A DNA stretch of 64,000 nucleotides from Chiloscyllium plagiosum (lineage: Eukaryota), in assembly GCF_004010195.1 (NCBI RefSeq), contig NC_057718.1, forward strand, positions 10,778,460 through 10,842,459. Reading direction: 5' to 3'. Under the pieces are notes generated by a model, which did no database searches, had not been told where the DNA came from, and saw only the letters and a program-made list of their open reading frames with translations. This document shows, piece by piece, positions 50,110 through 61,875 of this stretch; position 1 is the stretch's first letter; each line of letters starts with the position of its first letter. Both the position numbers and the translations under genes were made by a program.

Positions 50110-52690
50110 GAGTCATAGAGATGTACAGCATGGAAACAGACCCTTCGGACCGACCCGTCCATGCCGATCAGATATCCCAACCCAATCTAGTCCCACCTGC
50201 CAGCACCCAGCCCATATCCTTCCAAACCCTTCCTATTCATATACCCATCCAAATGCCTCTTAAATGTTGCAATTGTACCAGCCTCAACCACTTCCTCTGG
50301 CAGCTCATTCCATACACGTACCACCCTCTGCGTGAAAAAGTTGCCCCTTTGGTCTCTTTTATATTTTTTCCCGCTCACCCTAAACCTATGTCCTCTAGTC
50401 CTGGACTCTCCGACCCCAGGAAAAAGATTTTGCCTATTTACCCTATCCATGCCCCTCAAAATTTTGTAAACCTCTTTCAGGTCACCCCTCAGCCTCCGAT
50501 GCTCCAGGAAAAACAGCCCCAGCCTGTTCAGCCTCTCCCTACAGCTCAAATCCTCCAACCCTGGCAACATCCGTGTAAATCTTTTCTGAACCCTTTCAAG
50601 TTTCACAACATCTTTCCGATAGGAAGGAGACCAGAATTGCATGTATTATTCCAACAGTGGCCTAACCAATTTCCTGTACAGCTGCAACATGACCTCCCAA
50701 CTCCTGTACTCAATACTCTGACCAATAAAGGAAAGCATACCAAATGCCTTCTTCACTATTCTATCTATCTGCGACTCCACTTTCAAGAAGCTGTGAACCT
50801 GCACTCCAAGGTCTCTGTTCAGCAACACTCCCTAGGATCTTACCATTAAGTGCATAAGTCCTGCTAAGATTTGCTTTCCCAAAATGCAGCACCTCGCATT
50901 TATCTGAATTAAACTCCATCTGCCACTTCTCAGCTCATTGGCCCATCTGTTGTAATCTGAGGTAGCCCTCTTCGCTGTCCACTACACATCCAATTTTGGT
51001 GTCATCTGCAAACTTACTAACTGTACCTCTTATGCTTGCATCCAAATCATTTATGTAAATGACAAAAAGTAGAGTACCCAGCACCGATCCTTGTGGCACT
51101 CCACTGGTCACAGGTCTTCAGTCTGAAAAACAACCCTCCACCATCACCCTCTGTCTTCTACCTTTGAGCCAGTTCTGTATCCAAATGGCTAGTTCTCCCT
51201 GTATTTCATGAAATCTAACCTTGCTAACCAGTCTCCCATGGGGAACCTTGTCGAATGCCTTACTGAAGTCCATATAGATCACATCTACCACTCTGCCCTC
51301 ATTAGTCCTCTTCGTTACTTCCTCAAAAAACTCAATCAAGCTTGTGAGACATGATTTCCCACACACAAAGCCATCTTGACTATCCCTAATCAGTCCTTGC
51401 CATTCCAAATACATGTATATCCTGTCCCTCCGGATTCCCTCCAACAACTTGCCCACCACTGAGGTCAGGCTCACTGGTCTGTAGTTCCCTGGCTTGTTCT
51501 TACCACCCTTCTTAAACAGTGGCACCACTTTAGCCAACTCCAGTCTTCCGGCACCTCACCTGTGACTATCGATGATCTAAATATCTCAGCAAGAGGCCCA
51601 ACAATCACTTCTCTAGCTTCCCCCAGAGTTCAAGGTTACACCTGATCAGGTCCTGGGGATCTATCCACCTTTACCTGTTTTCAAGACATCCAGCACTTCC
51701 TCCTCTGTAATCTGGACATTTTGCAAGATGTCACCATCTATTTCCCTATAGTCTATATCTTCCTTATCCTTTTCCACAGTAAATACTGATGCAAATTACT
51801 CATTTAGTATCTCTCCCATTTTCTGCGACTCCACACAAAGACCGCCTTGCTGATGTTTGAGGGGCCCTATTCTCTCCCTAGTTACCCTTTTGTCCTTAAT
51901 GTATTTGTAAAAACTCTTTGGATTCTCCATAATTCTATTTGCCAAAGTTATCTCATGTCACCTTTTTGCCCTCCTGATTTCCCTCTTAAGTATACTCCTA
52001 CTTCCTTTATACTCTTCTAAGGATTCACTCGATTTATCCTGTCTATACCTTAGATTAGATTAGATTAGATTACTTACAGTGTGGAAACAGGCCCTTCGGC
52101 CCAACAAGTCCACACCGCCCCGCCGAAGCGCAACCCACCCATACCCCTACATTTACCCCTTACCTAACACTATGGGCAATTTAGCATGGCCAATTCACCT
52201 GACCTGCACATCTTTGGACTGTGGGAGGAAACCGGAGCACCCGGAGGAAACCCACACAGACACGGGGAGAATGTGCAAACTCCACACAGTCAGTCGCCTG
52301 AGGCGGGAATTGAACCCGGGTCTCTGGCGCTGTGAGGCTAACCACTGTGCCACCGTGCCGCCCAATGACATATGCTTCCTTTTTCTTAACCAAATCCTCA
52401 ATTTCTTTAGTCATCCAGCATTCCCTATACCTACCAGCCTTTCCTTTCACCCTGACAGGAATATACCTTCTTTGGATTCTCATTTTCTCATTTCTGAAAG
52501 CTTCCCATTTTCCAGCCGTCCCATTACCTGCGAATATCTGCACCCAATCAGCTTTTGAAAGTTCTTGCCTAATACCATCAAAATTGGCCTCTCTCCAGTT
52601 TACAACTTCAACTTTTAGATCTGGTCTATCCTTTTCCATCATAGAATTATGGTCGCTGGCCCCAAAGTGCTCCCCAACGACACATCAGTC
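50110..52690 (-). mobile_element. Relatively young CR1/HER1-type LINE, ORF2 from upstream of RT to the 3' end
   Basis: NWREANFDGIRQEL; PLFKKGGKNKPGNYRPVSLTS; YMDFSKAFDKVPH; QFWSPSYRKDVVKLERVQ; WNELPEEV. Confidence 0.95.
52051..52363 (-). mobile_element. HE1-type V-SINE inside CR1 ORF2
   Basis: Full SINE with (attag)n tail; CR1 sequence continues on both sides. Confidence 0.92.
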
Positions 52691-53607
52691 ACTCTGACCA
52701 TCTAGAGAAAAAAGTTCCAGATTGTCCAACCTCTCCCTGTAAGTCAGACCATTGAGTCCTTGCAGCATCCTTGTAACCTACTTCTGCTCTCTTTCCCCTT
52801 TAATAACATCCTACAGCATGATGATCAAAACTAAACACAGTACTCCAAGTGTGGCCTCACCAACGTTCATACCACAGCACTCAATCAAGACTTTTTTGAC
52901 AGCACCTTCCAAACCTGTGACTCTACCACTAAGTAGTACATAACTTCCCAACTTGGATACTCATGCCCTGACGGATGAAGTGCAGCATGCCACAAGCCTC
53001 CTTCACTGCCCTGTTTACCTGTGACTCCACTTTCATAGAACCATGCACCTGATCTCCAAGGTCCTTCATTCCACTACACTCCTTAGGGCTCTACCATTGA
53101 CCATGAAACCCCTACCTTGATTTGACTTAGCAAAATGCAAGACCTCACACTTATCTATATTAAACTCCATTTGCCATTTCTCAGCCCACTTCCCCAGCTG
53201 GTCAAGATCTTGTTGCAAGTTCTGGTAACCTCCTTCACTGTCCACAATATTGCCTATTTTAGTGTCATCTGCAAACCTTGTAATCGTGCCTTGTACGTTC
53301 TCATCCAAATCATTGATCTAGATAACAAACAGCAGTGGGCCTAGCACTAGCCCCTGAGGCACTACGCAAGTCATGGGCCTCCAGTCCAACAAGCATCCTT
53401 CAGCTATTAATCTCTGTTTCTTACCATCAAGCCAATTGTGTATCCAGTTTAGTGGGTCCCCTATATTCCATGCTATCTAACCTTCTAGAGCAGGCTACCA
53501 TGTGGAACCTTATCAAAGGCCTTAGTAAAATCCATATAGACTCTGTCCACCACCCTGCCCTTGTCAACCTTAACAAATTTGTGAGGCATGATCTCCCACG
53601 CACAAAG

Positions 53608-53824
53608 TTGAAACTTTATTGCTGGAACAGCACAGCAGGTCAGGCAGCATCCAGGGAACAGGAGATTCGACGTTTCGGGCACAGGCCCTTCTTCAGATTC
53701 CTGAAGAAGGGCCTGTGCCCGAAACGTCGAATCTCCTGTTCCCTGGATGCTGCCTGACCTGCTGTGCTGTTCCAGCAATAAAGTTTCAACTTTGATCTCC
53801 AGCATCTGCAGACCTCACTTTCTC
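53608..53824. mobile_element. Very young fold-back HHR mini-retroelement inserted in a CR1
   Basis: 15-bp TSD ctcccacgcacaaag at 53593-53607 and 53825-53839; perfect inverted arms 53603-53696 / 53701-53794. Confidence 0.93.
53695..53734 (+). ncRNA. Minimal type I hammerhead ribozyme, intact core
   Basis: Identical to 48514-48553. Confidence 0.85.
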
Positions 53825-55219
53825 CTCCCACGCACAAAGCTCTGCTGACTGTTCCTGATTAAATTGTCTTTTCCAAATGCATGCATGTCACCTCAGAATC
53901 TTCTCAAGTAACTTACCCATCACAGATGTTAGGCTTACTGGTCTATAGTTCGCAGGTTTTTCTTTGCAGCTCTTCCTGAATAATGGCACAACATTTGCTA
54001 CCCTCCAGTCTTCTGGGATGTCACCCCTGGCTAACGATGATGTAAAAACATCAGCCAGGGACCCCAGAATTTCTTCTCTCATCTGTAGTAGTATTCTTGG
54101 ATATATCTGGTCAGGATCAGGAGATTTAACCACCTTCATACATTCCAATATGTTCAGCAACACCTCTACTGTGATATAGATTGTCCCCAAGGTATGACCA
54201 CTAACTTCCCAAGTCTCCATGCTGTTCTCATGGGAAGCAGGAGAAATATTCATTTAAGACCTCGCCCATCTCCTCCAGTTCTACATGTATATGTCTACTT
54301 TGATCCTTGAGGGGTCCTATTCTCTCTCTAGTTACTCTTTTTCCTTTAATATACTTAAAGAATCTTTTGGATTCACCCTAATCTTCTCAGCCAAGACTAT
54401 CTCCTCTTCTCTTTTTTTGCCCTCCTGACTTCTTTCTTCAGTAAACTCCTGGGTCCTCTGTATATCTCCAGGGATTCCCTTGATCCCAGCGGCCTGTACC
54501 TGAGCCATACCTCCTCCTCCTTTTCTGGTCAAAGCCTCAATAACTCTCTGCATCCAGGGTTCCCTATTCCTGCCAATCTTGTCCTTCATCCTCACTGGAA
54601 CCTTGAACTCTAGCTATCCCACTTTTAAAGGTCTTCCACTTGCTGAAGGTCCCTTTCCCTGCAAACAAGCTACTCCAATCAACCCCTGCAAGCTCCTGTT
54701 TAATTTCATCAAAATTTGCCTTGCCCCAGTTTAGAACTTAGCCTGTGGACCAGTTTTGTCCCTCTCCATAACTATTTTAAAATTAATAGAACTATGGTCA
54801 CTGGTCCCAAAGTGCGCCCCTTTCTGTACTTTCAGTATTTGTCTTTTCCATTTGCCCAAGATGCAACAAAGCAGTTCCTTATTATATAATAGCTTAATTT
54901 AGCAAAGTTGAAAGCAGATTTGCTTTGGAACACTTCTCATGTTTCCCGATTCTTGGATGTTCCATACATTTTTTTCACTGTGCTTCTAGACAACATCTCA
55001 AGATATCATAAAGTTCATATAGCAAATAGGCTAGGTTTGTTTAATGAGAATACATAAATTAGACGGGGGAAGTGATTGTTAAAGATCGTTGTCTTTAGAT
55101 CCAACTTTGTAAATTTATGGAAGCCCTTTGTGTCTTTGAGTACAGTGCTTATTGCATTATTACACAGAGACTCTGCAATTTTCAAAGACTATTTAAGCTA
55201 TAATCACATAGATGACAAT

Positions 55220-55865
55220 CTCAAATGAGAGAAGCTAACTAGCTGCGCTGTGACATTCACTGGCATTACCATTGCTGAATCCTCCACTGTAATTATCCTG
55301 TGTGTTATCATTGACCAGGTACTGAATTGGGCCAATGTTTTAAATGTAGTGACTGAAAGGACAACAAGCAAATAATTCACCACCTTTTTCATCAATGTAT
55401 GCCCACAATTTATAAGGTGCACATTGAGTGTGAGAGCGAATGCTGCCCACTTGTCTGGATGAGTGCAACTCCAATACCATCCAGGATAAGGCAACCCTAC
55501 TAATTGAAACCACATCCACCACTTTCAGCATACACTTCTTTTATCACTGACAGTTGTGTACTATCTAAAAGGCATACCACAGCAACCCATCAAGGCTTTT
55601 TTGACAGCACCTTCCAAACCTGTGACTCTGCCACCAGGAAGGACCAGGACAGCAGATGCATGGGAACGCGATCATTGACAAGTTTGGAATTATATTATCA
55701 CATTTTCACTTTGGGTCAGAATCTGATAACGCCACCTATCAACATTGTGGGGCCACCTGCACTGGAAGGACTGTCACATTTCAGGGAGGTGGCTCACTAC
55801 CATCTTCTCGATGGTAATTAAGGATGGTCAACAAATGCTGGCCTTGTTAGTGATATCCATATCTC
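55220..55865 (+). mobile_element. Old LINE (CR1/L2 group) 3' fragment
   Basis: gacagcaccttccaaacc...caccatcttctc-like sequence and taattaaggatggtcaacaaatgctggcc tail. Confidence 0.65.
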
Positions 55866-56968
55866 TCAAACAATTTTTTTTGAAAATAATTCACTGGATA
55901 AGAAAGACTCTGTGAGATAACTTATTATCTTGATAACAGACTCATTCAAACACGACTGAACGAAATTTCAAAAGTTTTAGTCTGTATGCTTTTAATTTGA
56001 ACAGTTGATATATGAAGTACGACATTACTAGTAATATCTTTCAGCCCTTGTACCTTATTCCATTTACAAAACTACTAGCTGAGCTGACCACTCTGTTCTC
56101 TAAATACCATATAGACAGAACACACAGGCCATTGTGTTGTGCGTTCTTTTAAGGTTTGTTGTGTAATAGATCACTTTTAAATGTCAGACCACAACGTACT
56201 GTCATAGCGATAAGACATTTAAAGTACCGTGGGCTTGAGTTGATGTAAGACTTTACTTATTGATTCTGAATAATCGTATTGATCGTATTAATTAACCTTT
56301 TCACACGTGTTGTGACGCACCTCTGGAACAGGTGGGATTTGAATCAGGGTCTTTTGACCCAGAGGCAGGGATGTGATCACTGCTGCAGGAGATCCTGATT
56401 AATCTTATGTTGGTGTTACAGACATAGAAATCACCAGACATAGTACTTCTCCACTTGAAAACTTAAAATTTCACTGAGATGATTCAGTGTGATGCAGAGA
56501 GAAAGTGACAGCTGAAAAATTAACGCACTGGGTGTGAGCAACAGAAAATAAAACGTTGCTGAATCATCTTTTCAGTTCGCTGAATGTTCTCAAGTTCCTC
56601 TTGACATTTCATGGTTAAATCTCTCCTTCACTGGGAATATAGAACCAAATTGGATTATTATTTGAGAAATGATAGCCAAAACACGAAGTGATTTCCTTGA
56701 ATAGTGCCATGTGATTTAAGCTCATCACTAGAATTTTACTTAATTTATATAAAGATTTGACAACTGCTGAATCTCTTACAGCAAAGGTATAAATGCATTG
56801 CATATCAATATATTGTTTCAGAAACAGAAAACTAACACAAACAAATGTCAGGTACCTCTTCACTCTGTTTAATGGGAGCAGTAGAGATGCAGAATGAATG
56901 CAAATTACATTTTGCTCCATTTCATGAAAAAATTGAAGGTATTCTAGAATAAACCCAAACTGTTTACA

Positions 56969-57232
56969 GGAGAAAGTGAGGTCTGCAGATGCTGGAGATC
57001 AGAGCTGGAAATGTGTTGCTGGAAAAGCGCAGCAGGTCAGGCAGCATCCAGGGAACAGGAGAATCGACGTTTCGGGCATAAGCCCTTCTTCAGGAATGAG
57101 GAAAGTTTGTCCAGCAGGCTAAGATAAAAGGTAGGGAGGAGGGACTTGGGGGAGGGGCGTCTTTCCACCTATCACATTTCCGACGCCCCTCCCCCAAGTC
57201 CCTCCTCCCTACCTTTTATCTTAGCCTGCTGG
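56969..57232 (-). mobile_element. Young PLE terminal-repeat mini-element with inverted tail and HHR (57062-57097, - strand)
   Basis: TSD ccaaactgttt(a/g)ca at 56955-56968 and 57233-57246; the - strand reads attc-CTGAAGA-a-gggc(ttat)gccc-GAAA-cgTC-gatt. Confidence 0.9.
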
Positions 57233-58924
57233 CCAAACTGTTTGCACACCAGTTTAGATTTTGGAACACAATAAGATATAATTGCGTGAATCCCAAAGCA
57301 TTCCTTTCTGGAACGCACAAAATACCCCTCTACAGTACGTAAACACATCCTTGGTTCAGAACTTTGACAGATTTAATTTCCTTGTGAACTTAAAATCCGA
57401 GTCTGGAAGATCTGAGTTACTTTCTAGATTTTCATATACTTGAATTTAAATGTTCTTAATTTCAAATAAGCTCTTCAGGACCTCCTCCAAACTCTTCTGA
57501 TCTGGAAGTATTACTAAATGCCTTACTCTATCTTCCTTTCTCAGGAGTGTTGCTTTACACATCCATCTACATTCAAGGACTTATGCAATGGTGTGTCCAA
57601 AATTGAAAAAATTACACAATTGTTTACCGTGTTTGGTTGTAAACTTAACGAGTGTACTTAAAAACCCATTCGTTCTGAACTCTAATCCCTCGAACTGTTT
57701 TAAAATCCAAACTTAAAATGGTATCAAAAATTTAGAAATTATCACGCAGTTTACATCATGTTTTACGCCGGCCTTTTTTTTTTGTATCCTTATCTTAGCA
57801 TTAGTCATGTGCATAACTAACCTTTTGGCAGCATTTGCAGGGGAGTGGTAGGTGGATCCATACTTGTGAAATTCATTGTGGAAGTTTACCCCAAGTTGTT
57901 AAACTTCATTAGTTACACCTTGCATAGGTTCTATAAGAAAAATGCTATTGGTTCCCTTTATTCCTGAGTAACTGAATGTTCCTGTTAGAGAAACTTTTGA
58001 ATATTTGTTGAGAGAAGGATCGGATTTGGCATGCTTATTATTATAAAAAGCCTGTTGGCATTTTATATGCTTGCATGGAGATTGGCCATATGGGTTGAGT
58101 AATCAAAAATTATATTACCATCATCTCAGCATGAGTCATTGACATCAGCAGAGGTGAGGGTAAAATACAATTTTGTGCATAAATTATATAACTATTTAAT
58201 TACTTGCTATAACTTGTTTGTAGAGTTAATCATTTTTAGAGAAAATGGGTAAAATATTGTAGTTGGAAATCTAATTCAATAGTGGGAGAGGGAGGAATGA
58301 ATAAATCAGTACATGCAATGTTTAACAAACTGCATGTGAACTTTGATTATCCTCTTGCAGCATATCCAAAAGTATTCTCAATACTGTTTCCTGAGCAAGT
58401 TCTCAGAGTCAACTGCCTATGTTTGGCGACACTTGTCCAGTCGTGCCAGAACATTAGATCGACAGCAATATGGACATCTCAAATCCTATCCTTTTTGTCT
58501 TCAAGAATCAACACTTATTGGCCACTTATTCCCCTTTACCTGATGTGTGTGTTTTAGGTTATTTGGAAGAAGAAAAATGCATGTTTTCATATTACAAGCC
58601 AAGCATGATAACTAGTTTTATATTTTAACCACAGATTTTGATTATAATCAATAGTTTTCATGTTTATGAAAGAGATCTGGTTGAATACTCTTCTAATATC
58701 GCAAATGCATATAATTGGCAACTGGATAATATGTGCAATTTATGTGTAGAATAGTGGGATTAGAGAAGGGCAGTGCACTCCTCTCATCTGAGTCATAATA
58801 TTATTGATTTAAATTACACACTAAATCAATCTTTACAAGAAAGCAATAAAGATTAAGTTATATTGCCTTTACAAAACATTAGTTACTGAGTTGTGACCAA
58901 TTTATGACCAAGTTAAAGTTAAAT

Positions 58925-59128
58925 TCTTTACACAGAGTTGTGAATGCATGGAATGCGTTGCCAGACGTGGTGGTGGAAGCAGAGTCATTAGGGACAATTA
59001 AGCGACTGCTGGACATGCACATGGATAGCAGTGAGTTGAGGGGTGCATAGGTTAAGTTATTTTAGTTTACATTAGGATTACAGCACTGTAGGACAAAAGG
59101 TCTGTTCTGTGCTGTACTTTTCTATGTT
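58925..59128 (+). mobile_element. CR1 3' end fragment
   Basis: gcatggaatgcgttgcca...gtctgttctgtgctgtactttt. Confidence 0.75.
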
Positions 59129-60879
59129 CGAAATTCTTCATTGTGCTATATGTACGTTGCTAAGTGATAATCATTATTATCAGGGGTATAACTTAGAGGA
59201 GATACTGAGACTAACCAATGTGAGGAAATGGATTCATGTCCTCAAGATTGTAATTGCTTTAGTAGAGAATGTTGTGTAACTGGTTCTTTAAGTCTGGGGT
59301 TTTTGTTGTCATCTTGTCAAACGTAAAATATCCTTGATCTAACAATTCCAACCAATTTCTAATAAATTCATAGCTTTCAAATCCAGTGCCTTAGATTACA
59401 TTTCAGAGCTGTCCTGTTTTTAAATTAGTTGAATAATCAGTCTCTACAGTCTCCTCTCCAGTTAAAATCATTTATTTTGGGTCAGGACTGAGCTGAAAGC
59501 TGATTGGCACTAACCAGGTTAAAACCTGAACCATTCAACTGTCTAAGTTGCTTGTTCATGCTGAGCACTGTTCCACAGGATGTGCAACTTAATCCTCACC
59601 TTACCAGTCATCTTTTAAATGGTTAGAACTTGAAAGATCAGATGATTATAGTTGACATGGGATACTATCTGTAATCGAGACAGTTGTAGTCTAAAATGAG
59701 AACAGGAATGATGGGCATACTCAACAGGTCAGGCGATGCCAGTGGAAAAAGAAACTGTGAACATGTCAGGTCAATAACATTGTTTAAAAAATAACTTTGA
59801 AGTTAGTCATCAATCTGATGGTTTTATAAATGTTGACTTTCCTTGCTGTCAATAAGATTGATGTACTTATTTTAGATTCAAATATTCATTAAAGTAATCT
59901 GGAGTTAGTTGTAGCAAATATCCTTTCATTTGCTTCTGAATAAATTTAGTTCACTTTCCAGTAATTCTGTTTGCATTTTCTAATGTAGTTTGTATCTGTT
60001 TTGTTCATCTAGGTTACCTCCCATGCAACTGAAAGGTTAGCTAGCTACAAACTCAGTCTTTTCAGGCTACTCCTACTGTGTTGCCTATCAGAAGACATCA
60101 AGAGCAAGCTTGACATGATCTTCTTACCACTGTAGAAGTTGCCAGTTTTTCCTCAGGCCTCTTATCCCATGCTTCACATAGTTCAGGTTAAGAGTTGAGC
60201 AGCTGCATTCTGCCCTGCCTCCACCTTGGCTCTGTGCACAGAACATTGCCTGAAGCTTTGGAATTTTATTTACTCCTACGTAAATATCTGACCTATCAAA
60301 GCACTGAAACTTTTCTTTCAACTTGCCCACAGTACTGCAATGTTAAAAGCATTTTGGGAACCAGCTTAAATACTCAACAGTTTTCCAAAGCAGTGCAGAG
60401 ATTTTTTATTTAAGAGGGACTGGTGGTTTTAAAAAAAAGTGTTCAGGTTTTACAAAAATGTGTCATGACTTGAATAGAAATTAGCCAGTACTATAATTAT
60501 ACATTATGAATCTCTTGTTCCAACTTGCCCTTTGGCCCACTTCCCAGTTTGTGGTGACTGATGTTCAGGAGGTTCTGCTGGATGAGTGGGGACCTCATCT
60601 AGTCTCCACTTTCAGAATTGTACTAAGTGATTGTGCTGAATCTTTAAGATTTAAGGTTCTCATGAACCATCTTTGTACTCTGCTAAAAGACTGGAAGCTC
60701 TTGTAATACAAAAGTATTGGATGAGTTTTGATACAGCAGTGTGTCCAGTCCCAATTACATTTGTAGCTTGTTGCACACTGTTCAGTTATGAATTTCTTGA
60801 AGGAAACAAAACCTGAAATATTTGCATTTTTAAAGCACCTGTTTGTCACTGAATTGAGTTTTGCATCTGGCAATTACTC

Positions 60880-61085
60880 TTAAATGCACTGTTGTGTTGG
60901 TGAATGTGGAAATCACTGGTCACAGCAATGACCCAAAAACACCAGTGAGACAAATGAGCAACTAATTTATTGTGGATGATTGACTGTTGGCCAGGAGTTG
61001 GGAAGAATTAAATACCTGCTCCTCAACAAAACAAAAATGCTATGGAATAGTTAGAATGGACATGTTTAGTGTCTCATTTGAAAAA
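60880..61085 (-). mobile_element. Ancient DeuSINE-like fragment
   Basis: ttggccaggag...atgctatgg...gtttagtgtctcatttgaaa resembles the reverse Deu core; decayed. Confidence 0.4.
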
Positions 61086-61244
61086 TCTGCTTTCAAACTT
61101 TAGTTTCCTTCGCTCACCATCTTTCAATTCCTCAAAATGCACAAATGGTCCCGATTACTGCAGTGGCTTCACCAATGCTTGCTTATGCTACTTGAAAATG
61201 CACTTAATTATTACCTTCAATAAAGATGGAGTTAAGGTAATTGG

Positions 61245-61625
61245 AAAATAGGTTTTATATTCCTTGGAATTTAGAATGTTAGGGGTGACCCTTCAAAGGT
61301 TTCAAGATAATCAGGATTGATGGAGTAGAAAGGCTAAAATAAGAACCGGGCTGCATAGGGTGGAGTTCAGAGACACTCTTGTACATTACTACCATATATA
61401 TGCATGCATATAACATGTAGCTATTTGCAATACTCTTCTACATGTGACAGTTGAGCTACATCATTTATAAATTTTAAATCAGAGAATGATTGATTTTTTT
61501 TGTAAGGTAAAAGGTTTTAAGGAAAAGGAGGCAAAGATGGATTTATGGAGTCAGATCACAGATTAACCATGATTATATGAAATGGCAGAATAGGCTAAAG
61601 TGGCTAAATGGACTCCTATTTCTAT
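61245..61625 (+). mobile_element. Decayed CR1 3' fragment
   Basis: ttccttggaatttagaatgttaggggtga...aatggcagaataggct...ctcctatt. Confidence 0.65.
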
Positions 61626-61875
61626 GATTCAACAATAATTCTTTAGGATCTGATTATTTTTTAAACATGGGACTTTATGGAGGTGTAGAAACTGGCAAGT
61701 TTCTAGTCGGTGCTAGTTGTTTTTTCACCTAAGCCACCTTGTTAATCTCACTTTGGTCTCACATATCACTTTTTTGAGTAATTATTTTCTCTTAAAGTAA
61801 ATGGACTTCATGTCTGCCACCAACTGGCCAATAGAATATTTTATAATTCCATATATAATTCTTTTTATGCTTGTG

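Larger units (their letters stand above)
52700..54825 (-). mobile_element. Second CR1 LINE ORF2 fragment, older subfamily
   Basis: KSPDPDQIYPR, DWRVANVVPLF, NYRPVSLTS, DFTKAFDKVPH, FADDTKIG. Confidence 0.9.

Noticed and set aside
50121..50849. 242-aa + strand ORF
   Set aside because: Antisense frame of CR1 ORF2.
60013..60035. Apparent small exon (catctag|GTTACCTCCCATGCAACTGAAAG|gttag, LPPMQLK)
   Set aside because: Does not match the expected next KIF13B residues (GQPK/VFAYD); splice-like signals alone are insufficient.
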